Origin: Selaginella moellendorffii
Lineage: Eukaryota > Plantae > Lycopodiophyta
DNA length: 64,000 nt
Direction of reading: 5' to 3'
NCBI RefSeq assembly: GCF_000143415.4
Contig: NW_003314268.1
Span: 1-64,000 of the forward strand
Shown: piece by piece, positions 12,519 to 24,161 of the stretch
How the letters are laid out: each line of letters opens with the position of its first letter
Numbering within the stretch: the first letter of the stretch is position 1
Notes under the pieces: generated by a model
Seen by the model: only the letters and a program-made list of their open reading frames with translations
Told to the model about the DNA's origin: nothing
The model's database searches: none
Program-made: the position numbers and the translations under genes

Positions 12519-13660
12519 ATGGATTACTACAGCGTCCTCAAGGTCGGGAAGAATGCGAGCGACGACGATCTTAAGAAGGCTTACCGCCGCCTGGCCATGA
12601 AATGGCATCCGGACAAGAACCCCACCAACAAGAAGGAGGCCGAGGCCAAGTTCAAGCAGATCTCCGAGGCTTACGAGGTAAGGCCAGATCTTCTCAATTC
12701 TCTCAATTTACACCAGTTTTCCTTTTGTTTTTGTTTGCTTTGTTCCCTGTTCTTATCAAGGTTCTTAGCGATCCTCAAAAGCGTCAAGTGTATGATCAGT
12801 ATGGAGAGGAGGGATTGAAGGGGCAAATACCGCAGCAAGGGAATGGAAGCTTTAGATTCAATCCCAGGAACGCCGAGGACATATTTGCCGAGTTTTTTGG
12901 GAGTTCCAGCCCCTTTGGATCCATGGGTGGCCGCGCTGGCGGTGGTCGCAGCCCCTTTGATGGAATGTTTGGAGGATTTGGAGGCACCGAGAATTCTTTC
13001 CGATCGTTTGGTGCCGAGGGAGCCACTTCCAGCCGCAAGGCTCCGCCGGTGGAGAACAAGCTCCAGTGCACGCTCGATGAGCTCTACAATGGCTCCACCA
13101 GGAAAATGAAGATCTCGAGAAACGTTGTCGATTCTACTGGGTAAGTTGTTCTCAGCAGTAGCAGAAGAAGAAGAAAAAAGAGTTTTTGAGACTTTCTCGC
13201 TTTGCCTTGCAGGAAGATTGCTCCCATAGAAGAGATACTGACGATCGATGTAAAGCCCGGGTGGAAAAAAGGGACGAGGATCACCTTCCCAGAGAAAGGC
13301 AACGAACAACCAAACGTTGTTCCGGCAGACCTTGTGTTCGTCATCGACGAGAGACCTCACGAAGTTTTCAAGCGCGATGGGAACGACCTCATAGTGGTGA
13401 AGCGAATCTCACTCTCCGAGTCACTTACGGGATACACGGCAGTCATCCACACTCTAGACGGGAGAGTTCTCAGCGTACCAATCACAGATATAATTCACCC
13501 GGGTTACGAGAAGGTGGTACACAAGGAAGGAATGCCGATTGCAAAGGAGCCGGGGAAGAAGGGAGTTCTCAAGATTAGATTCGACATAAGGTTTCCACCT
13601 AGGCTATCGCTGGAACAAAAGGCTGGGCTCAAGAAAATTCTCGGTGGAGGTCCAGGGTAG
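12519..13660 (+). CDS. Type II (class B) DnaJ/Hsp40; exons 12519-12677, 12761-13140, 13213-13660
   Basis: J-domain with HPD motif (WHPDKN), G/F-rich linker, DnaJ C-terminal domain ([16 protein letters not shown]), no zinc finger; canonical GT-AG introns. Confidence 0.95.
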
Positions 13661-13984
13661 CGATCGATCCAGAGACACGAAAGATGGGAATTAAAAAACT
13701 TTCTTAATACCTGGGGGGGAGCGGGGTGGAAAGCACAGATACTCTGAGGTTTGTGCCCGGGCCTGGAGCAGCAGCGAGAAAAGCTGTCGAAAGAAGATCG
13801 ATCGAGTCAGAGAAAAACCAAGAGAGAGGTTCTGCAGCTAAGTATGTCCATTTTGTAACATAACTAGAAGCAGCTGCTTACCAGACTCGAGGATTTTTTT
13901 TTTTGTTCACTCGGGAGGTGGATAATTTTTTCTTCTTTTCTCTTCAAGCTAAATGTTGAAAGTGGAAGTTTTGTTCTCTCTTAT

Positions 13985-14720
13985 AATCAATCGCCCATCT
14001 CCGGGAGATTACCTAGGAGACTGTAGCCTTCCTTGAGTGTGCCAGTCTAGAGTGTCCAAGGATTGAAATTCAGCTTCACACAAATGAAGACCAGCCAGGG
14101 GAAAAAAAATCCGTAACGTAGCAGTCTCCTGGTAGCTTTCACAATAAATTTTCCAACGCCTTCCTCTAACACTTACAACCACTATATGTCGACCAGAAAA
14201 GTTCCCATAAGATCAGAAGAAATAATCTCGGTCCTGAAATTTAGAGGAGTCAAATTTTGCTACCAGGAAGAAGAACTCCATTATGGCACTTTAAAACATG
14301 AAAACTTGTTTGTACATTGAAGACAGTACAACTACTATCTGAGAACGATCGTGTTCTTATGCAGCCATACGGGCATCTCGATGCTTTAAAACTCTTGGTT
14401 CTGTTGGTACGAAAAAGCAAAAAGCAAAAGCCTACCAGGAAAATTTTCAGCAAGGAAAGGACAGTTTTGCTTTTATAAGATGGTTGACTGAGGAGCATGG
14501 GAGTTCAAGTTAGAGATTTAGTAGTTAATTTGTTAGCGGCCGACTTTGTGTTCTTATTGAGTTTTCCAGTCTACAAAGTATCATTATCCCCAAATATCGT
14601 TAGGGAAACTTTGGACTAAAACAAACTAAAATATTTATGTTCTTGGATCTGAAAAGGTAAGTAGTTTTCCAATCTACAAATCTATTTTCACCTTGTAAAA
14701 GGCAAAAACTGATGCTGCCA
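13985..14720 (-). pseudogene. Degenerate paralogous fragment of the orphan gene at 21835-23696
   Basis: Co-linear matching blocks to ~22140-23000, e.g. CTGGTAGC..CAATAAATT.TCCAACGCC, TTTAGAGGAGTCAAATTT, ATCTCGATGCTTT.AAACTCT, TTTTCCAATCTAC, TTTTCACCTTGT. Confidence 0.7.
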
Positions 14721-15149
14721 TATCTTGCTTAATTGCTTCCACTTCTTCTTCCATATGCTCATTGCTACAAAATGGAAAAAAAAAAACAAACAAACAAACA
14801 AACTTGATGTTAAACCAATTAAAAGAAAATTTACATCTTGAGGAAAATGAAGTAGATTAGCATATGGCAATGAATATGTGACTGTGCATGGGAGCATTAT
14901 ATATTTACACATATGCAAATTTATTTTTTATTTTAAGTTGCATGCAAAAATATTAAACATACAATCACTTTTCAATTGCTATATTATATATATTGCTATT
15001 AGAGTACTTAGTAAGAATCACAAAGGAAATAGGGCACATATCAAGAGAGTGCCCCCACTAAATCAGGACATGCAAATCTCAATTGGAACATGAAATGTCC
15101 AAGGGCTAATAATGGATCACAGCAGCAATAGTGAGTCATGGGAGAGTTC

Positions 15150-17100
15150 AACAACTTGTCCCCCACAATACCCTACTCTATACCCCAGATCCATCCAAAT
15201 TCATTTAGTAGAGGACCCAAGAGGACTTGTATAGATATCTAGCAAGCTATACACCAATTTGTCCAGGAAGTTATCCATGACCTTCATTACACTCAGACAT
15301 CAATTGAATGCCACTAAACAATTAATTGTGGTTAGCTGCTACTTCTCACTGTCCCCAATGGCAAATGATAGTCACCCCTTTAACCATTTGGCCTGTATGA
15401 TAGAACAATGCCGCACACAAGCCACAATTGCAATGCTTGGGGACTTCAATAGATCAATCGTGACCTGACCAAAGCACCAAATAACACATGGTGTCAAACT
15501 TCTCAAGCTTTGCATGGCAATACAGCTGCTCATTGTGAATGGTATTGAGCACTGGCCAACCATAAGTGCATGACATGGAATGGTGTCAACACCAATGACT
15601 ATGCTCTCATCTCACAAGTTGCAATTGACACTATGGTTGACTACCACCTCTAGGACTTTCCAGATTCCAAGATCTCAAACCACTACCCACTCGGCATCTC
15701 ACTATTAGTCCAAGGTAGCACTTGAAGTCCACCTCATGTCTCCTATGCACCTATGCAAAAACTACATAGACCACCTGATTGCATTTTGAATCATGCTAGA
15801 TCACTCTTGTGCAAAAGGTGGCAAGCTCCTCTGCTGCTTTATGAATTTTAAAAAGGATTTTGACACTATACTGAGACACTTCCTCTTCCAATGACTAGAG
15901 GAACTCAGTGCACCAGCTAACATTGTCAATGCCATAAAGAACCTTTACACCTACATTCAAGCCAAGCTCACTAGAAAAGCAACAATCCCTTGCAATACTG
16001 GTGTCAAGCAAGGATGCCCACTCTCCTTGATATTGGCATCTCTATTGATGCATTGGCCAGGTGTGAGCTTTCCACCACCCAATCTCATGCTTTATGCTGA
16101 TGACTTGCTACAACAGAAAAGAAGATGCAATGGCAATTAGAGGCCCTTGAGGAATTCTGCCAGGACATAGGTCTCAAGATCAACCTGACCAAAACATAAA
16201 TTGTGATCTTCAGCTCAAAAGCAAGCTAAATTCAATAGGCTATAATATGCCCATTCGACTGTGGCTTCATGTTATACTACAGTGGTCCATGTTCACTAAT
16301 AGTGGAAGCGATAACTAATGTATTTATAAGTGGTAATTTGCAAAACTTCCTATCCTTGATAGTGGAGTGGTACCAAGTAACCATCTACTAGTGGGATGCA
16401 TGAAAAGAGCACTATCAGGTCAAGGTCAACAAACACCAATGGCTTTGGCATCAAATAAAGAGCACCCTTTGGCTTGCTATGCATAGAGATTGGACTACTT
16501 CCAAGTGCATCATGCAGTTCATACTCTTCATGTGGAGAGACACATTCAATTGTTAGGCTTAGTCAGCTATCAAAGACTTGATCCAGCTCGATGCCAAAAA
16601 AAGCCAAGGATGGTGGAAGGATTGCTAAAAGTGAACAAACCATTGGAAAGCTTCACTTGCAACAAAGATAAAAGTCAATCCTCACATAGTGTGAGAGATA
16701 CAGTTGTCATACCAGATTTTTTATATCTTAATCTTGTAGTACAAAGTTTCAACTAGTCACCACAGTCCCCCTAGCATAGATCAGCTTTGTGTTTAAAGGC
16801 TAGTTGGTAGGCTCTAATAGAAACTCTTGCTTCCAAAACTACTTCAACAACATCAACCCTAGAAGAATCATTGGCCCCAACATCCACAATGCCATGAGCT
16901 ACACCACCAGGCACATCCTTGCAAAATACCAAATGAGCATGCACTCACTTCACATAGAACTAGGCTGAAGACAAATGCCAATCACGCCCAAAGATGCCCA
17001 TCTCTACCCCAAGATAGGAACAGAGACCCTGCCACATGTCATATATGACTACCCTGCCATATTGGACTTCCATGTCCACAACCTCCCAACATTCATGGAA
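15150..17100 (+). mobile_element. Highly degenerate LINE (non-LTR retrotransposon) ORF2 relic
   Basis: AP-endonuclease motif MLGDFN (~15433) and RT motifs FKKDFDT (~15846), GVKQGCPLS (~16000), LMLYADD (~16084), GLKINLTKT (~16170); many stops and frameshifts. Ends are uncertain. Confidence 0.8.
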
Positions 17101-18479
17101 CACAACCACAGCAATATGGTTATGTACATAAGGGTATGAGTGTGACACTTGGTGTTTGGTGTCTTGGATGGATGACTTGGCTTGTTTTCTGATGTGGAAA
17201 CCTGCCATCACTTGTCTCCACACCAAGCAGTCTGTAACCCAAGAATTCTTAGCATCAAGCTTTTTTCATCTGGCCCAAGCTTCACAGCCAAAGATGCACA
17301 AGTGTGAAACCAAGCCAATCCAGCCTCCTCAGAGGTATGTCCGTCCACAGCAGTGGTAGGTAACCAATTTTGGACATAGTTGGCTTGAATAGCATCAACT
17401 AAGCCACTAACATGTAGTATAGCTCGTGTGCTTTCCTAGAGTGTAATTCTTCCTCTCAGCACAACAGTAGAATACACAGCTGTGAATTTTTGAAGAATGC
17501 CAGCCTTTTGGCAAACTCAATTGACTTCATCTGATATGTACTTGCCACCTCCATCACACCTAAGTTTCAAGTGCTGGCCTCTTGCCTACAGCTTTGAACT
17601 TGAGAAATGCAGTAACACTTTAGATTTGGGCATAGAAGATACACCACCGTGCAATGAGAAAACAACTATGCCACAGCTCCAGCTTGCCCTGGTCATGGGC
17701 TGGAGAGCTCATCATTCAAGTTTGAGGACTGTACAAGCTTGACATTGGACCAGCAAACCAAGAGCATGCATTGAAGGTGATCCCATGTGAAGGGGCCTTC
17801 AACAACATTCTGCACAGATCTCTACAAGAATTCAACATGTTTACTGTGTTGAGGTTAGATTTCAGCAGGCAGATGCAAAATGACTACAAATTAAAGTGCA
17901 TGGTAACAGTAGAGTGGGAGCATGGCAATTCATGGCTAAGACCACATGTTAGTGGCAAAATTGAAGCCATAGCAATGAGCAAGATTGGTGCAAGCAAAGT
18001 GGAAGTTAGTGGATAATAATTATGCTCTTGAGCTCCCCACAAGAGTTACTGTCCTGCTCACCTCTCCTATGCCTTGAACATGAAAACTCACCAACATTCT
18101 GTTGAGAGTAGATGCTCAGGTAGATGCTTAGCTCAGTTAGGATGATGTGGCATTAGGCAGTTGCCACAGCCCATGTATATATAGCTTCATATATACAATA
18201 TGAGCAGTCGTTGCCAGCAGTCGCTGCCTTTTTTATCACATTCTCCGACATATTTCCTGAAGCTGGTTGGCCGAGGCCCACCCATCTACTTGCGTCTTCC
18301 AAGCTGCCAAGTGGTCTGCAGCGCTGGTGCAGCTGGAGGATTGGCCAGAGTAGGAGGAGGATGTTGCTGCTCTAGTGGAGCTTCTAGCTAAGGGGTGGTG
18401 GAAGACCTGGGGTTAGTCAGACAGGAAGACGTTGCCTGTAAGGTCACTCAACAAACATGCAAATGTTTGTACTATCAAT

Positions 18480-20872
18480 AACCCCGGGCAACGCTGGAAC
18501 ACATTCTGCTGGAACCCATTTTTATTGACAATGTGCAGTGTTCAACTTCCTCAACTTTGCTGGATGTTGCTTATCCTTTGGCTGGAACTTCGTCAAATCT
18601 ACAAAATCCGTTGTGACCACAAGTTTTGTACCCAAAGCTTGCGAGTTCCCTCACTCGCTTCGCACCTTCGTCATCCTTTTCCCTCGTCACAACTTTTTTA
18701 CCACCCTTCTTATGCAAAAATAGCTTGTTAAAATCCAACGAAGAGATAGCCTTCTGATAGTCACTCCTTGCCATTTTCTGGAGAGTCTTCATTTGAGCTG
18801 CACATATGATGAAAGTTGTCACTGACTGAAGATCGTCTACCTGCTCCCCACTACTTGGTTCTCCAGCGCATTGAAGCTTGTCTGCCTGCTCAGGTGCTGT
18901 CCGTTGTGTAACTGTCAAAAACCACCATATGTCCGGGCCGCAAGTCTTATTCCTGCCTGTCGAAAAGAAAGTAACGAAGTTGTCTTCACCGCTAGTCAGG
19001 CTGTTTATCCAATCGATTAAACGAAAGTCCTCTGTCTCAGTCCCAACGAGGTTCAGGTGATCAACCTTGGGCCTGGCAAGAGTTGCAGTGTTGTTGTAGA
19101 TAGCAGGAATCGGCTGTGTGTTCCACGATGAGAAAAGATCAGCCAGACACGTCGCTCCCCATTCATCTCTGCAACGGCAGTTTCATAAACCTCCCCAGTA
19201 GAAGTGGTACTTAATTCGACCTTGTCCAGAAAATGATGCTGTTGAATCTGTTGCAAGGAGGAATTCTCCTGAAAATAGTGCCAAAGGGCACGACAAACCA
19301 GCGGCTCGAAGATCTCTACAGCCTGGCATTCTTCGCTTGCGTCAGCATGCCCAATAATTCCGTCTTGATCTTGATACACCCACTTTTATCAGCCCGTGTC
19401 CTTTATAACGAACTCTCCCAAGTCCAAACTCCACCAGTGATAACGTTGGATTCAGCACGACCATCTTTCCTGTATCAAAGAAGTGGTTCGCGACAACTTA
19501 CGCTGCCGCCGATTCATCACTCGGCACTCCTGAAAAAAATCGGTAGACATCATCGAGCATGGTCCTGTTCACTGTGCCCCATCCCCTTGCTTGCTGATGC
19601 ACCCCTGTGGCATCCAATCATCAGTCGAGCAGCTCTGCCGCCAGGCAAAATTTCACGTACCTCATGGATGTTGTCTTTTTGGCATAATCCAAGAAAAACT
19701 CTGTAGCTGCGGGTTAGAAAGGATATACTACTGCTCAAACAAAAGCCCGATATCTTCCTCTGTACAGCACCCCAAGCCTCTCAAAGTCTATGACGCTGCA
19801 ATCCTCTAGTATATTGCTAGCATATTGCCGCAGGGACTGACCATCCCGAAACTCGCCAAAGTATGTATACCACAGGAGCACCGCCCTCAAACAGGTCTTG
19901 AGGATGAAACGGGAATCGGACCTGTTGGATACAGCCTCTGCAGTGTCTCGGACACAACCAACAGGTCCCGGGAGCCATCAGCAGTAGGAGAATCGGAACA
20001 GACGCCGGAGAAGTAAAGACAGGTCTGTCTTTCCGGATCCAGAGATGTCGAATAGAATCAAAAGACGGGGCTTGCTGATTCTCATCAATGAAAGAATCTC
20101 TCCAGAACCAAGAGGCTGCTCCAGACCATGCCACAAAAGACTCGGTTGCCAACCTCCCGGAACCTGTAGCTGGCAAATTGGAACCTTGGTGAGCGGGTAC
20201 TTTTTTTTGAACGGTCATGCTGGAAATAGTTCCCGACAGGTCATCGCCAAACTTCCGTAGTATAGCTTCCACAACCCCTGCACAACAAACGCTATTGATA
20301 AAGGACGGGCAGGCGTTCAGCTCTCTCGCCACTGCAAAATTACAAAAAATCAGTTTAGAAAGGATGCAGTCACACAAAAGATCAAGGCACCACCTGTGCG
20401 TTAGAAGACATGCTGCAGATTTCCTTACAAAATAAGCCAAGATCCCAAAGAGCCAGGCAAGATACTCTAGCGAAAGTTGAGGTAAATCGGCAGAAACAAT
20501 CTCCAAAAGAAACCGAAGGCATGCACACAGCCAAAGACATGAGACAAAGACCTTTTTTGAAGACATAGATAACTCTTGGCACACTCCATAGCCAACATGA
20601 ATCAAAGAGAAAACAAGGGGCATAGGCAAGGAACAGAACATAACAGTCATAGCCATACAAACAAACGGGAAGCGAGAGAAGACATACATGGCACTTTGAG
20701 GTGCGGCTCAAGCTTCTTAGCAGCAAAGACAGGCACCCTTAGCTGGATCACTTCAATGTATGTGAGATCTTTCAACTCCCCCACAAACTCGTAGCCCTCT
20801 GATTCTAGACTTTGCACAGCTCGATCAATTACGGCCAGTTTCCGACTATTTGGGATTCAAGAAAGGACCGCA
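18480..20872 (-). pseudogene. Crinkler/CR-effector-like relic: SAM-like exon + P-loop NTPase + PD-(D/E)xK-type nuclease
   Basis: Manual translation across frames gives LLILFDISGSGKT (Walker A-like, 20026-20049), CLYF..GSRDL, LYRGRYRAF (~19750) and CGPDIWWFL..ICAAQMK (18787-18942). An upstream exon (20688-20872) reads LESEGYEFVGELKDLTYIEVIQLRVPVFAAKKL. Family assignment is from motif recall only. Confidence 0.6.
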
Positions 20873-21834
20873 CTGTAGGGCCTCGATCAGGCATATCGGT
20901 GTCTAACTCCATGAAACCCCACCATAGAATATCAAGCTCATACATACAGATTTGCAAAAATAAAATATTCCTGAATATTTTTTGACAGTTAAATTAATCA
21001 GCATGGTATATTTTATTGAATTTTACTTTTCCTTTGGATCCTGTAACTCCAACCACCATATATGGGAAAGCATGTGAATTGTAACAATGGTGCCATGTGA
21101 CAACATCCGACATGTGCCGCCGACATTTCATGGGGGTTCTTACATGACTGAAGGACCCCCGGGTATGTACCAATCACCCCTCTCGAGTCAACGCTCGGTC
21201 AACAAAAAGTCAACGGTCAGGACAAAATATTCCTGGATTTTACGTAATGTTCTTTTTTGTCTTTGTGTGCTTTGCAGTGTGGAAAGGGGTGGTGCAAAAA
21301 TCTCATGCTACTGTGGAATGTAAGTGATTTTTTTCTCCTTTTTCTGGGGAAGAGATGATGTTTGGCAAAAGGGGCTGAAGCTGATTTTCTTTCCTCAGTA
21401 AATAAACTGTCCATCTGAGAATTTAATTGAGTACCTTTTATATTCAGAGGGCATCCATATTCTGAAATTGGAATAGCGTGCATTTTGTAAAATGCAGAAA
21501 CTGCAACAGATATATGACCATATAAATATGAGTATAAGTCATTCTATGAGGATGAGTTTTTTGGGCATAATAGAATGAAATTCTGAGTACTTTAAGCATT
21601 CTAAAATGATATCTTAAATGATCATTTTAGGACTTTCTCTATTACAAAAGAATCATATAAAGAGTTCAAAACTCTTACTGATAATTATATCTCTCTGGGT
21701 GAAATGAGCCATTTGGGCTGTTTATGTCATTCTTCATAGAGCAACAGTGACAATCTAAGTTTGGGGAATCCTTTTCAAATACAAAAATATCCTATACTAT
21801 TATCACACCTTAATAATGAAAGGAACAGCCAACC

Positions 21835-23696
21835 TTGCTTTGTTGCAAGGGCCTTTCAAATATCGAGGAACGAGATTGGATTAGATTCCTATAACCACTG
21901 TCCAAGAACCCAACCTTCAATTGCCCGGAATCGCTTGAAGGGGGCCTTGTTCCAGGAGGATCATCAAGGAGCACAGCTTTCCACACCACTCCTAAACAAA
22001 ACCGTTAGAACAAGCCATTCATGGCCTTTCACACGAATCTCTCCAGCCAAGCACCGCCATACGAACACCGCCATGCAAAGAAACAAAAACGTTCATTACA
22101 ACAGATCATAAAAAGCTGTTCATTGCCTAAGCATATCCAAATCAATCTCTCTGGGCAATCACCAAAGAGCGCCTGCCTTCCTTGCACAAGAGTGTGTGTG
22201 CCAGTGTGCAGTGTCTAAGATCAAACTTACTCCTGCACAACAGATAAGGCATTGGCCAGAAAGAAAAAAGAAAAAGTCAGCACTCAGTAGTCACCTGGTA
22301 GCCTTCTCAATAAATTCTCCAACGCCTGCTTCCAGATACCATCGTATGAGGACTATCTCCAAGCGTTGAATAAGTACCAGAACCCGTGAAAGTTGCTAAC
22401 CATCGAAGTTATGAGAAAACCAGTTATAAAAGAGTGCTACCTTTGGATCATTGTAGACAATTCCCCCAGTCCCGATGTTTAGAGGAGTCAAATTTCGCTC
22501 AAGGATCTTCGCAACACCTGGAAGAAGAATTTAATTCGTGACACTTTTGGAACATCTAAACTTGCTTCGTACCTGGAATCTTGTACATCCAGAGTTTATC
22601 ATAGCTATGGGGACGATCGTTTAGTATCCTTCGTCCTTTCAAGTCCACAAGACTGGTTCCTTCTCTCGAGCACTCCCTCAAAAGAGCAATCATACATGTA
22701 TCTCGATGCTTTGAAACTCTAGGCTCTAAAAACGATTCCTTCGCTTCATTAGCTAAAATAGAGAATGCAAAGAGCTTACCAGGAGCGATTCTCAGCAAGA
22801 AGCCGACAGTTTTGCTTTTACAAGTTTGAATCAGTTTCCCGAGATGCATTTGCATGTCTTGGATCTGGGAAAAGCGACGACAGAATAAGAAATGCGAGAG
22901 AAGTAAATATTCCAAGCTTACCTGGTAAGAAGGGGTGCCATTTTCCAATCTACCAAGCTGAGCAATGAATCTCTTTTCACCTTGTGAGATCCTCTGCCGC
23001 GACAACCTCCCTCCTTTTAAAGCGATCAGACAGGTTGCAGTAGCGTCCTTTGCTCTGTTACCGTCCTGTTCTTTGGACCACCGGAGCAAACTCTCAAACG
23101 CTGGAGAGAACTCTATGGAAGAACAAGACAAGCTCGTAGAGTCAGGGGACACGGGATGCTTGAGAGCGATCGCACTGTTGTAACCAACCTTTGAAATAAA
23201 TACAACGTGTAAGGGACAGAGTATGAGCGTGCATCCTACCTTGCTGTCCAAAGGTTTCTTCTTGATCGCGACTCCACGAATTGGTTGCTGTGAAGCACAA
23301 ATTTAATGAGCGACAATCACACAAAGAAAGAAAAACGTAGTGCGAGTACCTTGACTTTGGAAGACGCGCCACTGCGATCCAGATGGATATAGAAAACAAA
23401 GAAAGAACAAAAAATTCCAGCGATTGGTACTTACGACATAGAAACCCGAGCTACATTTTCTTCTACCTCTTCATCATCCTCTTCTCCAGCTGCTGCTGGT
23501 GCAAGATTATCGGCGATGGAGGCAGCGGGCGCGGAGCGACGTCCGGCACGAGCATTGATCGAATGTAGCGAATCGATCTCTCGTATTCCTCGCACACGAA
23601 TCTCTCCACAGCTTCTTGAGCGGTAAGGAGCGCCAAGATCCTCCCTACGAACGCCACTGCGCCGCCAATGCCGCTCCTCTCTTCCTCCCCCGCCAT
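21835..23696 (-). CDS. Uncharacterised multi-exon gene or pseudogene (begins MAGEEERSG)
   Basis: ATG at 23696 followed by a series of short GT-AG-bounded exons that splice in frame for at least the first five. A paralogous relic lies at 13985-14720. The 3' structure is unresolved and no domain was recognised. Confidence 0.5.
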
Positions 23697-23726
23697 GCCA
23701 AGAATCAAATTCACAAAGCCCTAGCG

Positions 23727-23781
23727 CCACGTGTACCCCTAAATTCTACCCACGTGTAAATAGAATAACATGCCACGTGGC
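23727..23781. promoter_or_regulatory. Cluster of three G-box/ABRE-like CCACGTG motifs
   Basis: GCCACGTGTA, CCCACGTGTA and GCCACGTGGC lie within 55 bp, 30-85 bp upstream of the ATG at 23696. Confidence 0.45.
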
Positions 23782-24161
23782 AGAACATTACTTTAGGGCT
23801 TTTCTCTTTTCTCCTTTAACGCTTTATTCCTTCCATTTGGAAGGAAGACCACTTTCTCGTACACTATAGTTATGGCGTACTCTATAGTTATGGCGATCAC
23901 ACACACAAGAACAACGCACAAAAGCAGCCTTTGAAGATTCCCCACAATCCGTCGAAAATTTACAAAGTCACTTTGCTCTTTGCTGTGCTCGATTCATTGA
24001 CACGCTTGAGCAGCAAGCATCTAAACAAGCTGGAAAGAAAAAGTGAAGACAGCAAACCAGATTGTTCCTCGTTGGTTGTTCTTGAATGCCTCCTTCCACT
24101 AACTTTGCTGGTGTGGTCGATCGAAACTTTCGCTGGCGATCACCACCGACTGATGGATCGA

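Noticed and set aside
17130-18150. Moderate-GC stretch after the LINE relic
   Set aside because: Probably decayed repeat or gene sequence, but no motif could be recognised.
19817-20689. 290-aa ORF as a real membrane protein
   Set aside because: Its first half is pyrimidine-rich intron-like sequence and the conserved NTPase motifs lie in other frames.
23860-23896. 18-bp tandem duplication (TAC.CTATAGTTATGGCG x2)
   Set aside because: Simple slippage duplication in the subtilase 3' flank with no sign of function.
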